A stretch of 64,000 bases of DNA from an uncultured Lachnoclostridium sp. (GTDB taxonomy: Bacteria > Bacillota > Clostridia > Lachnospirales > Lachnospiraceae), in assembly GCA_964602445.1 (NCBI GenBank), contig CAZRQV010000004.1, positions 67,866-131,865 of the forward strand, in the 5' to 3' direction. Under the pieces are notes generated by a model that saw only the letters and a program-made list of their open reading frames with translations, was not told the origin of the DNA and ran no database searches. Position 1 is the stretch's first letter; the number at the start of each line of letters is the position of its first letter. A program made the position numbers and the translations under genes. Shown here piece by piece: positions 28,328 through 37,965 of this stretch.

Positions 28328-29107
28328 TTATTTTAAAATTACATCCAAGATCATCATCAATGTAAATCCTGCAGAAAATGTAAGAATCTGTCTCTTATGT
28401 TCTGTTTCTTCTGAGCTTAACGCCTCTATCACCACATAAAACATAGCCCCGGCTGCCAAAGACAGACAATAGGGAAGTACCGCTGTAAAAAACTCTGCTG
28501 CCAAAACAGTAAGCAGCCCTGCCAGCGGCTCGACCACACCGGACAGCATACCATATCCGAATGCTTTCCTTTTCTTCATTCCTTCCGCACAAAGCGGCAT
28601 GGAAACGATTGCTCCTTCCGGAAGATTTTGAACTGCAATCCCTATGGTCAAAAGAAAAGCTCCCGCAAGAGAAATCTGCGCATTCCTCGACAGCCAGCCT
28701 GCGAAAGCGACTCCCACTGCCATTCCTTCCGGAAGATTGTGCAGTGTCACTGCCAGTATCATCATCTTTGTTTTCTGTTCTTTCTGAGACAGGCTGCTTC
28801 TAAAATAATTCAGACGATTTACCTGTTTTTCTAAAAACATCAGTAAAAAAATCCCAATCCAGAAACCGGCTGCGGCCGGAAGAAAGGACCACCTTCCCAT
28901 GGTTTCCGACTGCTCCAATGCCGGGATCAGCAAGCTCCAGATCGCTGCTGCAGCCATCACACCGGCTGAAAATCCCATCAGCAGCTTCTGCATCCAGGGG
29001 GCAACCCCCTGTTTCATAAAAAATACACAGCCCGATCCCAACGTGGTTCCCACCAGCGGCAGCAGCAGCCCCGCTAAGATTTCCATTTTCATATCCAACC
29101 TCTGCAT
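28328..29107 (-). CDS. ZIP-family divalent metal transporter (ZupT-like)
   Basis: HNLPEGMAVG and QNLPEG motifs. 8 TM-like segments. The start could be one of the Met at residues 1, 6 or 8. Confidence 0.8.
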   Translation of the reverse strand: MQRLDMKMEILAGLLLPLVGTTLGSGCVFFMKQGVAPWMQKLLMGFSAGVMAAAAIWSLLIPALEQSETMGRWSFLPAAAGFWIGIFLLMFLEKQVNRLNYFRSSLSQKEQKTKMMILAVTLHNLPEGMAVGVAFAGWLSRNAQISLAGAFLLTIGIAVQNLPEGAIVSMPLCAEGMKKRKAFGYGMLSGVVEPLAGLLTVLAAEFFTAVLPYCLSLAAGAMFYVVIEALSSEETEHKRQILTFSAGFTLMMILDVILK

Positions 29108-29201
29108 CCTCTATTCTGTAACTATTGTATTCAGATTGATGGGATCCGTTACAAACATACAGATTCAAAGAAGGGGCTGGGAAATCGGAGAATTTTTAAT
29201 T

Positions 29202-30041
29202 TTACTGTTTTTCTACGAAAATCAGTCCGAATACCCCAGGTCCGATATGAGCACCAATGGTCGCACCGATCTGATAACGTTCGGTAATTTCAATTCCGGA
29301 TTCTTCTACACGTTTTTCAAAAACATCGCTGTTTTCCAAACCTTTGGTATAAACAGAATAACGTGGGAAAGAAGTGTCGATCTGACGTTCTCCAATCATT
29401 TTCAGCAATGTAGTGATGGCTTTGTTTTTTCCCATGCATTTTCCTACAACTGCAACTTCTCCTTTTTCATTTACCGTGATCAATGGTTTGATTCTTGCCA
29501 TTTCACCAAGAACTGCAGATGTTTTGCTCAGTCTTCCGCCTTTGTAAAGATATTCTAACGTATCCACTGCGGCAAATACCTTTACACGACCTTTTAAACT
29601 TTCCAGTTCTTCTACAATCTGTTCTGCTGTGGCCCCTTCGTCTGCCATTTTCTTTGCGTGATCTGCGATCACACGAACCAGATGGGTTGCTGTCAGAGAA
29701 TCCACCAGATAGATTTTATCGTACTCTGTCATATTTTTGGCAAGTACGGCACTCTGATAAGTTCCGCTCAATGCAGAAGACAGTGTGATATAGATCAGTT
29801 CATCCCCATTTTCTTTTGCTGCTTCAAAGGCATCCAGCAAATCCTGCAGAGATGGCTGGGAAGTTTTCGGAAATTCATCACTTTCTGTCAAAAGTTCATA
29901 AAATTGCTCCTTTGTCAGATCATAGGCATCTCTATAATCTTTATCGCCCATTGTAATGTGAATTGGTAAAAGATCGATTCCTTTTTCTTTTGTTTCTTCT
30001 ACAGTATAATCTGCAGATGTATCTACCATAATCTTAATCAT
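29202..30041 (-). CDS. DegV-family fatty-acid-binding protein
   Basis: MIKIMVDTSADYT... with the TSQPS motif. 279 aa. Confidence 0.85.
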   Translation of the reverse strand: MIKIMVDTSADYTVEETKEKGIDLLPIHITMGDKDYRDAYDLTKEQFYELLTESDEFPKTSQPSLQDLLDAFEAAKENGDELIYITLSSALSGTYQSAVLAKNMTEYDKIYLVDSLTATHLVRVIADHAKKMADEGATAEQIVEELESLKGRVKVFAAVDTLEYLYKGGRLSKTSAVLGEMARIKPLITVNEKGEVAVVGKCMGKNKAITTLLKMIGERQIDTSFPRYSVYTKGLENSDVFEKRVEESGIEITERYQIGATIGAHIGPGVFGLIFVEKQ

Positions 30042-30480
30042 GCTTTATTACCTCTTTCGCTTTATTTGTTATCAATCCAAACAGCTGCACAATCTCGTCA
30101 GCTTTCTCTTTTCCTACCTTTTCCATGATCTGATCTACAAATTTCAGAATCTGCTCATGCTGTCCTTCATAGACACCGGCATTTTCCATGTTCATAGACA
30201 CAAACACCTGACGTTTATCTTTTTCTGAACGTTTTCTGAAGATCAATCCCTTTTCTTCCATACAATTTAAAGTACGATTCATTTGAGATTTCTGCATATT
30301 GGTCTGCTCACAAAGCTCTGTTGCCGTAATCTTTTTTTCCGGATGCTCCTTGGCATTGCGATGCAGGATGCTGCAGATCAGTGTTTCATTGTACGGCATC
30401 TGAAATACGATTTTTTCGTTACAGATGGTCGTTGAAAGTTTTAACCATGCGTCCAGGATTGTTTCATTCATATTCTGCAT
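30034..30480 (-). CDS. MarR-family transcriptional regulator
   Basis: Winged-HTH region (ITATELCEQTNMQKSQMNRTLNCMEEKGLIFRKRSEKDKRQ). AGAGG RBS before the ATG at 30480. The stop overlaps the degV start by 8 nt. Confidence 0.8.
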   Translation of the reverse strand: MQNMNETILDAWLKLSTTICNEKIVFQMPYNETLICSILHRNAKEHPEKKITATELCEQTNMQKSQMNRTLNCMEEKGLIFRKRSEKDKRQVFVSMNMENAGVYEGQHEQILKFVDQIMEKVGKEKADEIVQLFGLITNKAKEVIKHD

Positions 30481-30568
30481 AGTTACCTCTTTTCGTTGCT
30501 TTCTTAAATAGTTCACAAGGTATACTATTTACAAAATCAACTTTTGTCAAGTATTTTTTTTCAATCTC

Positions 30569-30597
30569 TTGTTTTTCAAAAAGCGAAGTGTTATACT
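30569..30597 (+). promoter_or_regulatory. candidate promoter for the queT leader
   Basis: TTGTTT, 14-nt gap, then extended -10 TGTTATACT (30589-30597). The spacing is equivalent to a 17-nt spacer to TATACT. Confidence 0.4.
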
Positions 30598-30614
30598 CAA
30601 CCCCGTTGTATAAC

Positions 30615-30734
30615 CGTGTGTTCGAAACCATCCACACGTAATGCGAAGGAACTTTTGAGGGAAACTCCCACAGATACTCCCGGAGGTTTCTGCATCCACA
30701 CAGCTCCGTTTTGTGTGGAAATAAAACTAAGGAG
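30615..30734 (+). promoter_or_regulatory. candidate preQ1-type riboswitch leader (SD-sequestering pseudoknot) upstream of queT
   Basis: 3' element: stem CCACACA (30696-30702) with TGTGTGG (30712-30718). The loop carries CUCC (30704-30707), complementary to the SD GGAG (30731-34). The A-rich tail AAAUAAAACUAAGGAG resembles the preQ1-I tail AUAAAAAACUAAGG. A 5' hairpin (30615-30638) has a UUCG/CGAA pseudoknot option. The class is not proven. Confidence 0.45.
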
Positions 30735-30745
30735 AAAAATAGAAT

Positions 30746-31231
30746 ATGAGAACAAAACGTGTCACCTTTATCACACAGGCATCGATGATCGCCGCACTTT
30801 ATGTAGTGCTTACGGTCTTTGTCAGTGCCTTCAATCTGGCAAGCGGTGCCATCCAGTTTCGTATTTCCGAAGCGCTGACGGTACTTCCGGCCTTTACACC
30901 AGCAGGAATTCCGGGATTGTTTATCGGCTGCATCATCAGCAATCTCATTACCGGAAGTCTTCCTTTCGATGTGATTTTCGGAAGTCTTGCCACACTTTTA
31001 GGAGCTTTGGGAACTTACGGTCTCCGCAGATGGAAATGGGCAGCTCCGATTTCACCGATTCTGGCAAATACCGTGATCGTCCCTTTCGTTCTGGCATATG
31101 CATATCATATTCCAGGGGGAATCCCATATCTGATGCTGACCGTTGGAATCGGCGAACTTGTTTCCTGCGGAGTTTTCGGCATGATCTTATATGGTGTACT
31201 GGCCAAATACCGCAATGTGATATTTCAATAA
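30746..31231 (+). CDS. queT: queuosine-precursor transporter QueT (ECF S-component-like)
   Basis: MRTKRVTFITQASMIAALYVVLT... 161 aa with 5 TM segments, typical QueT (COG4708). Confidence 0.8.
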   Translation: MRTKRVTFITQASMIAALYVVLTVFVSAFNLASGAIQFRISEALTVLPAFTPAGIPGLFIGCIISNLITGSLPFDVIFGSLATLLGALGTYGLRRWKWAAPISPILANTVIVPFVLAYAYHIPGGIPYLMLTVGIGELVSCGVFGMILYGVLAKYRNVIFQ

Positions 31232-31252
31232 TACGTCAAATACAACAAATCA

Positions 31253-31286
31253 GGGAGAACGGCGTTGCCGTTCTCCCTCTTTATTT
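31253..31286 (+). terminator. intrinsic terminator after queT (may also serve the convergent GH20 gene)
   Basis: GGGAGAACGGC-gtt-GCCGTTCTCCC followed by TCTTTATTT. Confidence 0.8.
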
Positions 31287-31296
31287 ACAGGTCTTC

Positions 31297-32196
31297 TTAC
31301 TGAATTTCATCTACACTTTTTAACGCAAAAATCGTCTTTACCGTTTCATCTTTCAGTACCCCGGTTCCTCCAAGGATATAACCTGATTTCACTTCATTTG
31401 CTGCCACATAGTCTGCTGCAATTGCTTCGCTGCCATCTCTTGTTAATACCAATGGTGCATTTAATGCTGCTGCCAATACGCCGCCGCACAATCCGTCAGG
31501 GAAGTTCTTGCCATAAGCAAGTACCACGGTATCAGGATCTGCAAAGAACTCTTTTGCAACTGCTACGGAAGTTTCATATCTTCCTGCACCGGATAATCTT
31601 TTCACAGTTCCATATTCTTCCAGTTCTTTTGCGGTAGATTCTGCAACTGCTCCTGCGCCTCCAACCACATAAATGTTCTTGAAGTTTGCTGCAACTGCTT
31701 TCTGTGCATCGTTCAGAGCTGCGTTCTTTTTAGCAAGAAGGATTGGTTTTCCTGCTGCAGATGCGGATAAGCTGTCTGCAAAGGTTTTTCCTGTTGCTAC
31801 GATCAGATCGTCTCCTTCCAGTCCTGCTTCCGCAAGGATTGCAAGGTTGGTTTCATATCTGTCTACACCGGAAAGTCTTTCTACGTTGTATCCGTCGATG
31901 TCTGCTGCTGCGTTAGAAACTGCACCTTCACCACCCAGTACATAGATGGTTCCGCCAGCAGTTACATTTGCTTTGATGTATTCATGTAATGCTGCTACGT
32001 TTGCTGCTTTGCCGTTAGTCAGAAGGATCGGTGCATCTTTCACTGCTGCAAGATAGCTTCCGGAAAGAGCATCTGCAAAGTTGCTTCCTGTTGCGATGAT
32101 GGCTGTTTCGAATTTTTCTACTCCGAGAACTGCTTTTAATTCTTCTGCAACTGCGATTCCTGTCTGATATCTGTCTGTACCGGAAAGTCTGACTAC
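31297..32196 (-). repeat. three CWB2 (cell-wall-binding repeat 2) modules at the GH20 C-terminus
   Basis: RLSGTDRYQTGIAVAEE, RLSGVDRYETNLAILAE and RLSGAGRYETSVAVAKE, each followed by the A(T/Y)G.NF(A/P)D(A/S/G)L pattern. Confidence 0.8.
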
Positions 32197-35100
32197 TTTT
32201 TCTTCTACCGGTGATTCTGCTGTTTCATCTGCTTTGAATCTTGCTATATAGGCTGCATTTTTCTCAACAACAAAAGTAAATTCTGCATTTTCAGATACTT
32301 TTTCACCTAAGTTATTGTACCAGCCTTCAAAAACATAACCTTTATTTGCAGCTGCTTTTAATGTAATCTCTGTTCCGGACATTACATCTGCTGCTCCGCT
32401 GACCGTTCCGCCCTTTTCTGCTTTTGCATAAACAGTACAAAGCTGTGCTTCTTTGTTTGCAATATCAAATTCAGAAACTGCTACCCAGCCGTCATTTGAT
32501 TCTTTTGCAACAAATTTGGCATAACGTACTTCCTGTTCTTCAAAATAGAACGTCTTTTTAGAATCATCATTTGCGAAAACTGCATTTTCTTCAATCAGTG
32601 TCCATTCATCTTCCGCATTTTCTTTTACATAAAGATCTGCTTTGGTAACACGGCCGCTTGCCTGCGGTGTTCTTGGGGTAAAGGAGAACTGATTGATCGT
32701 ATAAGCCTGTCCAAAATCAATTTCTGCATAGAAACTGTTGGATCCTGTTAATTTATCACTTGCCCCCTGCCAGTTAGAATGCCAGATTGTAGATGTTTTT
32801 CCATCAAATGCATATTCTAACAGACCTTCTGTTTCTGAATAAACAGTTTCTGAATTGGTTGTTCCTGTCCATGCTGATTTATTGTAAAGATCAACCGCTT
32901 CTGTGGATTCTTTCACTACTACATTGTCAATCACCGCTTCTACTGCATTGGTTTCAGAACCGATTCTTTCTACCGGAATTGCAAATGTAGAATGGGTAAT
33001 GCCGGATTTCTTCACCATATCATTATGGATAAATTTACCGGTTGCTTCGCCGATCAATTCTCCATTCACATAAAGCATGGTATCCTGCTGTTCTGCAACG
33101 ATCTTAATGTTGACGGTCTTTCCTACCGGAAGTTCATAATCGAAATAGTAGTTGTAAAGTTCTCTTGTAAATCCAAGTTTTCCGTCTTCCATAATACGGA
33201 TGTCGTGTGTGCCGTATTCCGGAGTTGTTTCAAAAATGATATCTCCCGGTTCCGGGATTTCTGTCAATGTAATATCAAATGATAATTCATTTCCATTACC
33301 AATCTTGTTGATCGGAGAAGTTACATAACTGTTGTTGCCGCTTAATGTCAATGCACCGTCTTCTACGTTTGCAGTTCCGGCAGTCAGATCTCTGTCATTT
33401 TCAGAACCATCTTCCAGACCGTTTTCGAAATCATAGCTTTCGTAAGTATCACCAATCTTTTCTTCCTGATAATATGGATTGGTTCTAGGTCCTGTTCCCT
33501 GTTCCTGTGCAAGTGCGGAAAGTGCTGCTGCAGTTCCTTTTTCTTTTCCTGTCGTAGCCCATGTCTTTTCTGCATAGAACGGAAGTGCATCAAAGAATCT
33601 GTAGTACAGATCGGATTCTGTCAGACCGGAAGCACGTTTGTCGATGTTATCACTCCAGATGGCATAGGCTGCACCTAATACCTGCTTGTCACCGGATGGA
33701 AGTTCTACATAGCTGGAAGACCTTACTACATTCGGTGAAAAGCTGTTGAAGATTCTTGTTATATTTAATAAATCTCCGTATGCATTGGCACGATCCATGC
33801 TTCCATCCGGAACCATATATCCGTAATCATCGATGGTATTGATCAGTTTGTAGCCCATATTGTACATCTGAACTCCATCGGCCCAGTCTCTTGACCAGAG
33901 ATTGATCTCTACATTTTCAATGGCTTCTGAGATAATTTCCGTCTTATGGTCATCGATCCATGTCAAACCGCCCCACATACGAACCGTGTTGGTTTCTTTT
34001 ACATATGGAACGATCTCATTTATGAATTCACGATAAGCAGTTGCACTTGCCATAAATTCATCAGCACCGATGTGGATCGTTGTTTCACTGTCAAAGGTAG
34101 CATCCTCGCCCTGAGTATAATCATCAAAGATTTCTTTAATCTTTTCTACTGCCGCATCATTTGTCAGGTCAAAGTGATCGATCAGCGGTCGGTTGGAAGA
34201 AGTTGCAGACACTTTATTTTTTACCATTAATTCCGGCCAGATTCTGGTAAAGGAAGAAGCATGTGCCGGAACATCGATTTCCGGAACGATCTTCATTCCC
34301 AGACTTCTCTGATCCTGAATAAATTCCTGCATTTCCTGTTTGCTGATGGAATAGTCTTTTGCAGTCGGAGATTCTCCTGCTTCATTTGTCAGACCGGATT
34401 CCAGACGGAATGCGTCATATGCCAGAAACGCTTTCTCTTCATTTTCATATTTTCCGTAATCTTCCAGGAAGATATAGTTATCAGATAAATGAATCTGGAA
34501 ATCGTTCATTTTGTAATATCTCATCGTTCTTGCAATGTCACGAACCATGTTCATAGCAACCGGTTTACGTGCAATATCCAATAAGAGACCACGGGTTTCA
34601 AAACGAGGATAATCTCTCATGGAACCGATCACAAATCCCTCTGCATCCTGCTGATACATCTGAAGGATTGTCTGCATACCGTACATATTTCCGGTTACAC
34701 TTTCAGACTGTACGTTGATCCGATCCTCTTTGATCTCTAACGTATATCCTTCTTCTCCAAGAAGAGCATCCGGTGCTTTTTTCGTAAAGTTAAATGCTTC
34801 TGCAGATGCTGCACCTTTTACTTTTTTCAGTGTCACACCTGTAAAATCTTCATAATCTGCAATAAATTCATCTACGATTTCTTCCAGATCTGCATCTTCA
34901 TAAGTAACTTTATTCAGATCAGAAACTGCCAGTTTTTCTGCAGATTCCGAATACCATTCCTGAATTTCCGGAATGATCACAGGTTTTTCGTTTTTATTTT
35001 CTTCCTGAGTATAGGTTCCTTTTACAAGATAAGCAATGTCCCCTGTTTTCTTGCTTTCTTTGGTTGCCGTATTGGTTACCACATAAGAAACCTGTACTTC

Positions 35101-35793
35101 TTTATCGGTCAAAGGATGTACCACTTTTAAATCATCACCGATGATCTGTTCGTAATCAGCACCATTTAATTCGATCTTAAATCCTTCCGGGACTTCCGGT
35201 AATGTAAACTCTGTCACTGATTCTTCTACCGTGGTTCCTTCTAAAGTTTCCAGATAAGCGACAAGATCATTCAAATTATTGATCTCCATTTCTGTTTCTT
35301 CGCCATACACCTGTACTTCACAAATCCCTACATTGACCCAGTTCATAGTGCCGCCGTCTGCAGCATCGATGGTGATCTTTACCTTCTGTGCTGTTTTTTC
35401 CTGCTCCAGAACGATGGTTTCTACCTGAGCAGCTTTCTCTGTCTTGGTATAAACGGTCGTTCCGTCAAGATCTACGTGATATCCGAGAATGTTCTGATCC
35501 GCGCTGGAACGCTCAAAATGGATCACAATCTGTTTGATAGTTTTGGCTTCTCCCAGATCTACTTCCAGATATTCTCCTACGGCTTTGTTCTGTGATGTTC
35601 CCCAACGGGTAGAAAGATCCCCGTCTACTGCTTTCGCCGGTGATGTTTTTTCGACTTCATATTCACTGGCTGTTGCTGTTTTATTCAATGCAAGGTTGGT
35701 ACCTGCCGCCTGCAGATCCATCGGAACTGCCGTTGCGATCATCGCAGCTGACAATGCACAGGAAAGCACTGAATTTACTGTTTTCTTGTTCAT
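31297..35793 (-). CDS. secreted GH20 beta-N-acetylhexosaminidase-like enzyme with two F5/8-type-C modules, a LamG-like module, an InlB-B-repeat-like module and three CWB2 wall-binding repeats
   Basis: Signal peptide present. GH20 blocks RGLLLDIARKPV...YKMNDFQIHLSDN and the catalytic HIGADEF. CBM32-like AVDGDLSTRWGT and AFDGKTSTIWHSNW. C-terminal LSG(T/V/A)(D/G)RY(Q/E)T occurs three times. Confidence 0.85.
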   Translation of the reverse strand: MNKKTVNSVLSCALSAAMIATAVPMDLQAAGTNLALNKTATASEYEVEKTSPAKAVDGDLSTRWGTSQNKAVGEYLEVDLGEAKTIKQIVIHFERSSADQNILGYHVDLDGTTVYTKTEKAAQVETIVLEQEKTAQKVKITIDAADGGTMNWVNVGICEVQVYGEETEMEINNLNDLVAYLETLEGTTVEESVTEFTLPEVPEGFKIELNGADYEQIIGDDLKVVHPLTDKEVQVSYVVTNTATKESKKTGDIAYLVKGTYTQEENKNEKPVIIPEIQEWYSESAEKLAVSDLNKVTYEDADLEEIVDEFIADYEDFTGVTLKKVKGAASAEAFNFTKKAPDALLGEEGYTLEIKEDRINVQSESVTGNMYGMQTILQMYQQDAEGFVIGSMRDYPRFETRGLLLDIARKPVAMNMVRDIARTMRYYKMNDFQIHLSDNYIFLEDYGKYENEEKAFLAYDAFRLESGLTNEAGESPTAKDYSISKQEMQEFIQDQRSLGMKIVPEIDVPAHASSFTRIWPELMVKNKVSATSSNRPLIDHFDLTNDAAVEKIKEIFDDYTQGEDATFDSETTIHIGADEFMASATAYREFINEIVPYVKETNTVRMWGGLTWIDDHKTEIISEAIENVEINLWSRDWADGVQMYNMGYKLINTIDDYGYMVPDGSMDRANAYGDLLNITRIFNSFSPNVVRSSSYVELPSGDKQVLGAAYAIWSDNIDKRASGLTESDLYYRFFDALPFYAEKTWATTGKEKGTAAALSALAQEQGTGPRTNPYYQEEKIGDTYESYDFENGLEDGSENDRDLTAGTANVEDGALTLSGNNSYVTSPINKIGNGNELSFDITLTEIPEPGDIIFETTPEYGTHDIRIMEDGKLGFTRELYNYYFDYELPVGKTVNIKIVAEQQDTMLYVNGELIGEATGKFIHNDMVKKSGITHSTFAIPVERIGSETNAVEAVIDNVVVKESTEAVDLYNKSAWTGTTNSETVYSETEGLLEYAFDGKTSTIWHSNWQGASDKLTGSNSFYAEIDFGQAYTINQFSFTPRTPQASGRVTKADLYVKENAEDEWTLIEENAVFANDDSKKTFYFEEQEVRYAKFVAKESNDGWVAVSEFDIANKEAQLCTVYAKAEKGGTVSGAADVMSGTEITLKAAANKGYVFEGWYNNLGEKVSENAEFTFVVEKNAAYIARFKADETAESPVEEKVVRLSGTDRYQTGIAVAEELKAVLGVEKFETAIIATGSNFADALSGSYLAAVKDAPILLTNGKAANVAALHEYIKANVTAGGTIYVLGGEGAVSNAAADIDGYNVERLSGVDRYETNLAILAEAGLEGDDLIVATGKTFADSLSASAAGKPILLAKKNAALNDAQKAVAANFKNIYVVGGAGAVAESTAKELEEYGTVKRLSGAGRYETSVAVAKEFFADPDTVVLAYGKNFPDGLCGGVLAAALNAPLVLTRDGSEAIAADYVAANEVKSGYILGGTGVLKDETVKTIFALKSVDEIQ

Positions 35794-35886
35794 AAAAAAC
35801 CCCCTTATTTTTTCTAAATTTTATCATTTCATATAACTGCTGTCAAACCGGGAAGAACTCTATCACGGAAACTTTTACACAAGATA

Positions 35887-35915
35887 TTGCTCTTCCGGGA
35901 AATCTCTTTTATAAT
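35887..35915 (+). promoter_or_regulatory. promoter placed so that the acyltransferase mRNA would be leaderless or near-leaderless
   Basis: TTGCTC (35887-92), 17-nt spacer, TATAAT (35910-15). The ATG at 35925 lies only 9 nt after the -10 box and no SD is visible. A TTCCGGGAA dyad sits in the spacer. Confidence 0.45.
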
Positions 35916-35924
35916 TATCTTATT

Positions 35925-37223
35925 ATGAGTAAAAATACGAAAACAAAACACAACACCTGGTATAAACTGGATCTTTCCGCAAATGTTTATCCGACCCTTC
36001 AGCGGAAGAATTTTTCCAACGTATACCGTATTTCTTTAAGTCTGACAGAAACGGTTCAGCCGGAGATTCTGCAGAAGGCTTTGGACATGACGCTCTCCCG
36101 TTTTCCTACGTTTCAGGTAGCGATCCGGAAAGGGCTTTTTTGGCGTTATCTGGAACCGAACCACAGACCGGGACCTTATGTACAGCCGGATATTGAAAAT
36201 CCGTGTATGCCTATGCATTTTAAAACAGATCACCGTTATCTGATCCGTGTTTACTATTATGAGAAGAGAATCTCTCTGGAAGTATTCCATTCTCTTTCTG
36301 ACGGTACCGGTGCCCTTTATTTCCTAAAGACCATGACCGCTGTCTACTTAAGACTTTTAGGACATTCCGTTCCAAACGAAGACGGAATCCTTGATATTAC
36401 CCAGATTCCGGATCCGGAAGAACTGGAAGATGCCTATCTTCGATATGCCACTTCCAAGATCAGCCGTCCCAGAAGTCAAGGAAAGGCATATCGGGTTCGT
36501 GGAACAAGAGAACCTTTTTATACCTTAAATATTATTTGCGGTGTGATTCCGGTCGACCGCATCCGTGTTGTTGCAAAAAACTTCGGAGTGACCATTACAG
36601 AGTATTTAAATGCCGTTTTGCTGTACGCACTGCTGCAGAAGCAAAAAGAAGAACATTTATGGAAGGAACGTCCCGTTACCCTGGCAATGCCTGTGAACCT
36701 TCGAAGCTTCTTCCCTTCCAAGACACTTCGAAATTTTATTTCCATGGTTTATCCGGGCATTGACCCGCGCATGGGAGATTACACCTTTGAAGAAATCTTA
36801 TCTCATGTACATCATTACATGCGGTACTATATTAATCCGAAGTTTCTGAATGCGGATATCGTAACCAATGTTTCCGTACAGCAGAATCCTTTCATCAGGA
36901 TCGTGCCTCTTTTCATCAAAGACTTTACAGTACGCAGATTTTATGCACAGGTACAGGACGGACAATCCAGTGCCGGACTTACCAATGTGGGGCTGATCCG
37001 TCTTCCGAAAGAAATGCAGCCTTTCGTAGAACGTTTTGATGTGCTGATGGGACAGCCTTTTTCTGCCCGTACCAACTGCGCGATCGTCAGCTACGGGAAT
37101 ACGCTGACGATCAATTTCACCAGCAGTATTAAAGAAAGTGACATCGAACGATATTTTTTCAGAAAGCTGATTCAGGATCAGATTCCTGTCAAGATTGAAA
37201 CCAACCGAAAAATGGAGGAATAA
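35925..37223 (+). CDS. HxxxD(G)-motif acyltransferase (condensation / alcohol-acetyltransferase-like fold)
   Basis: The FHSLSDGTGALYF motif (HxxxDG) sits about 120 aa from the N-terminus, as in condensation/WS-DGAT/AATase-type enzymes. 432 aa. Substrates unknown. Confidence 0.6.
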   Translation: MSKNTKTKHNTWYKLDLSANVYPTLQRKNFSNVYRISLSLTETVQPEILQKALDMTLSRFPTFQVAIRKGLFWRYLEPNHRPGPYVQPDIENPCMPMHFKTDHRYLIRVYYYEKRISLEVFHSLSDGTGALYFLKTMTAVYLRLLGHSVPNEDGILDITQIPDPEELEDAYLRYATSKISRPRSQGKAYRVRGTREPFYTLNIICGVIPVDRIRVVAKNFGVTITEYLNAVLLYALLQKQKEEHLWKERPVTLAMPVNLRSFFPSKTLRNFISMVYPGIDPRMGDYTFEEILSHVHHYMRYYINPKFLNADIVTNVSVQQNPFIRIVPLFIKDFTVRRFYAQVQDGQSSAGLTNVGLIRLPKEMQPFVERFDVLMGQPFSARTNCAIVSYGNTLTINFTSSIKESDIERYFFRKLIQDQIPVKIETNRKMEE

Positions 37224-37224
37224 T

Positions 37225-37929
37225 ATGTCTTATTGTGTCAATTGCGGTGTAGAACTGGACGATACCATCACCGCCTGTCCTTTATGCAAAACCAAAGTCT
37301 ATCACCCAGACCGACCCGCAGTTCAAAACAGTGTTCCGCCCTATGCCACGGTAAAAGGAACGGTAGAACCGGTCAAAGCAAAAGAATTTACGATCCTTAT
37401 GTCCATCATCTTGCTGACTACTTCCGTGGTCTGCCTGCTGCTGAACCTCTTTTTGATTCCGTTCGGTCACTGGTCCTTTTACGTCACAGGCATCTGCAGT
37501 GTTTTCTGGATCTTTTTTATCCCGCTGTTCTTTCCGCAAAAAACGGGAATCTATGTCAATGTGGCACTGGATGGACTGAGCATTGCCCTGTTTTTAGCAA
37601 TGATATCTTACCTGCATCCAAACCAGCACTGGTATTTGCATATCGGACTGCCGATCACCTTTTTAGGAACCTTGCTTTTGGAGATCATTTTTATCTTTTT
37701 TATTCATTTAAAAAGCTCTATGATCATTAAAACAGTGATTTCCGTCACCGCCGTTGCCATTTACTGCATCGCCATTGAAACTGCAATCTGTCTTCATCTG
37801 GGAAATACTTTCCGTCTGAGCTGGTCTGCAATCGCCGCTACCTGCGTGGCGGCCATTGACATCATACTGATGACCATTTATCTGCGGGAAGGACTGCGCT
37901 CAGAAGTACGCAGACGAATGCATTTTTAA
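37225..37929 (+). CDS. zinc-ribbon polytopic membrane protein (DUF6320-like), function unknown
   Basis: N-terminal CVNC...CPLC zinc ribbon followed by about 6 TM segments. GGAGG RBS. The start lies 2 nt after the upstream stop. Confidence 0.6.
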   Translation: MSYCVNCGVELDDTITACPLCKTKVYHPDRPAVQNSVPPYATVKGTVEPVKAKEFTILMSIILLTTSVVCLLLNLFLIPFGHWSFYVTGICSVFWIFFIPLFFPQKTGIYVNVALDGLSIALFLAMISYLHPNQHWYLHIGLPITFLGTLLLEIIFIFFIHLKSSMIIKTVISVTAVAIYCIAIETAICLHLGNTFRLSWSAIAATCVAAIDIILMTIYLREGLRSEVRRRMHF

Positions 37930-37965
37930 TCTACGAAACTTACGTTACTATTACGAAGGAGCATT

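Noticed and set aside
30615-30640. GTGTTCGAAACCATCCACAC resembles a tRNA T-arm (GTTCGAA).
   Set aside because: No acceptor, D or anticodon arms can be drawn around it. It sits in the queT leader and is better explained as a leader hairpin.
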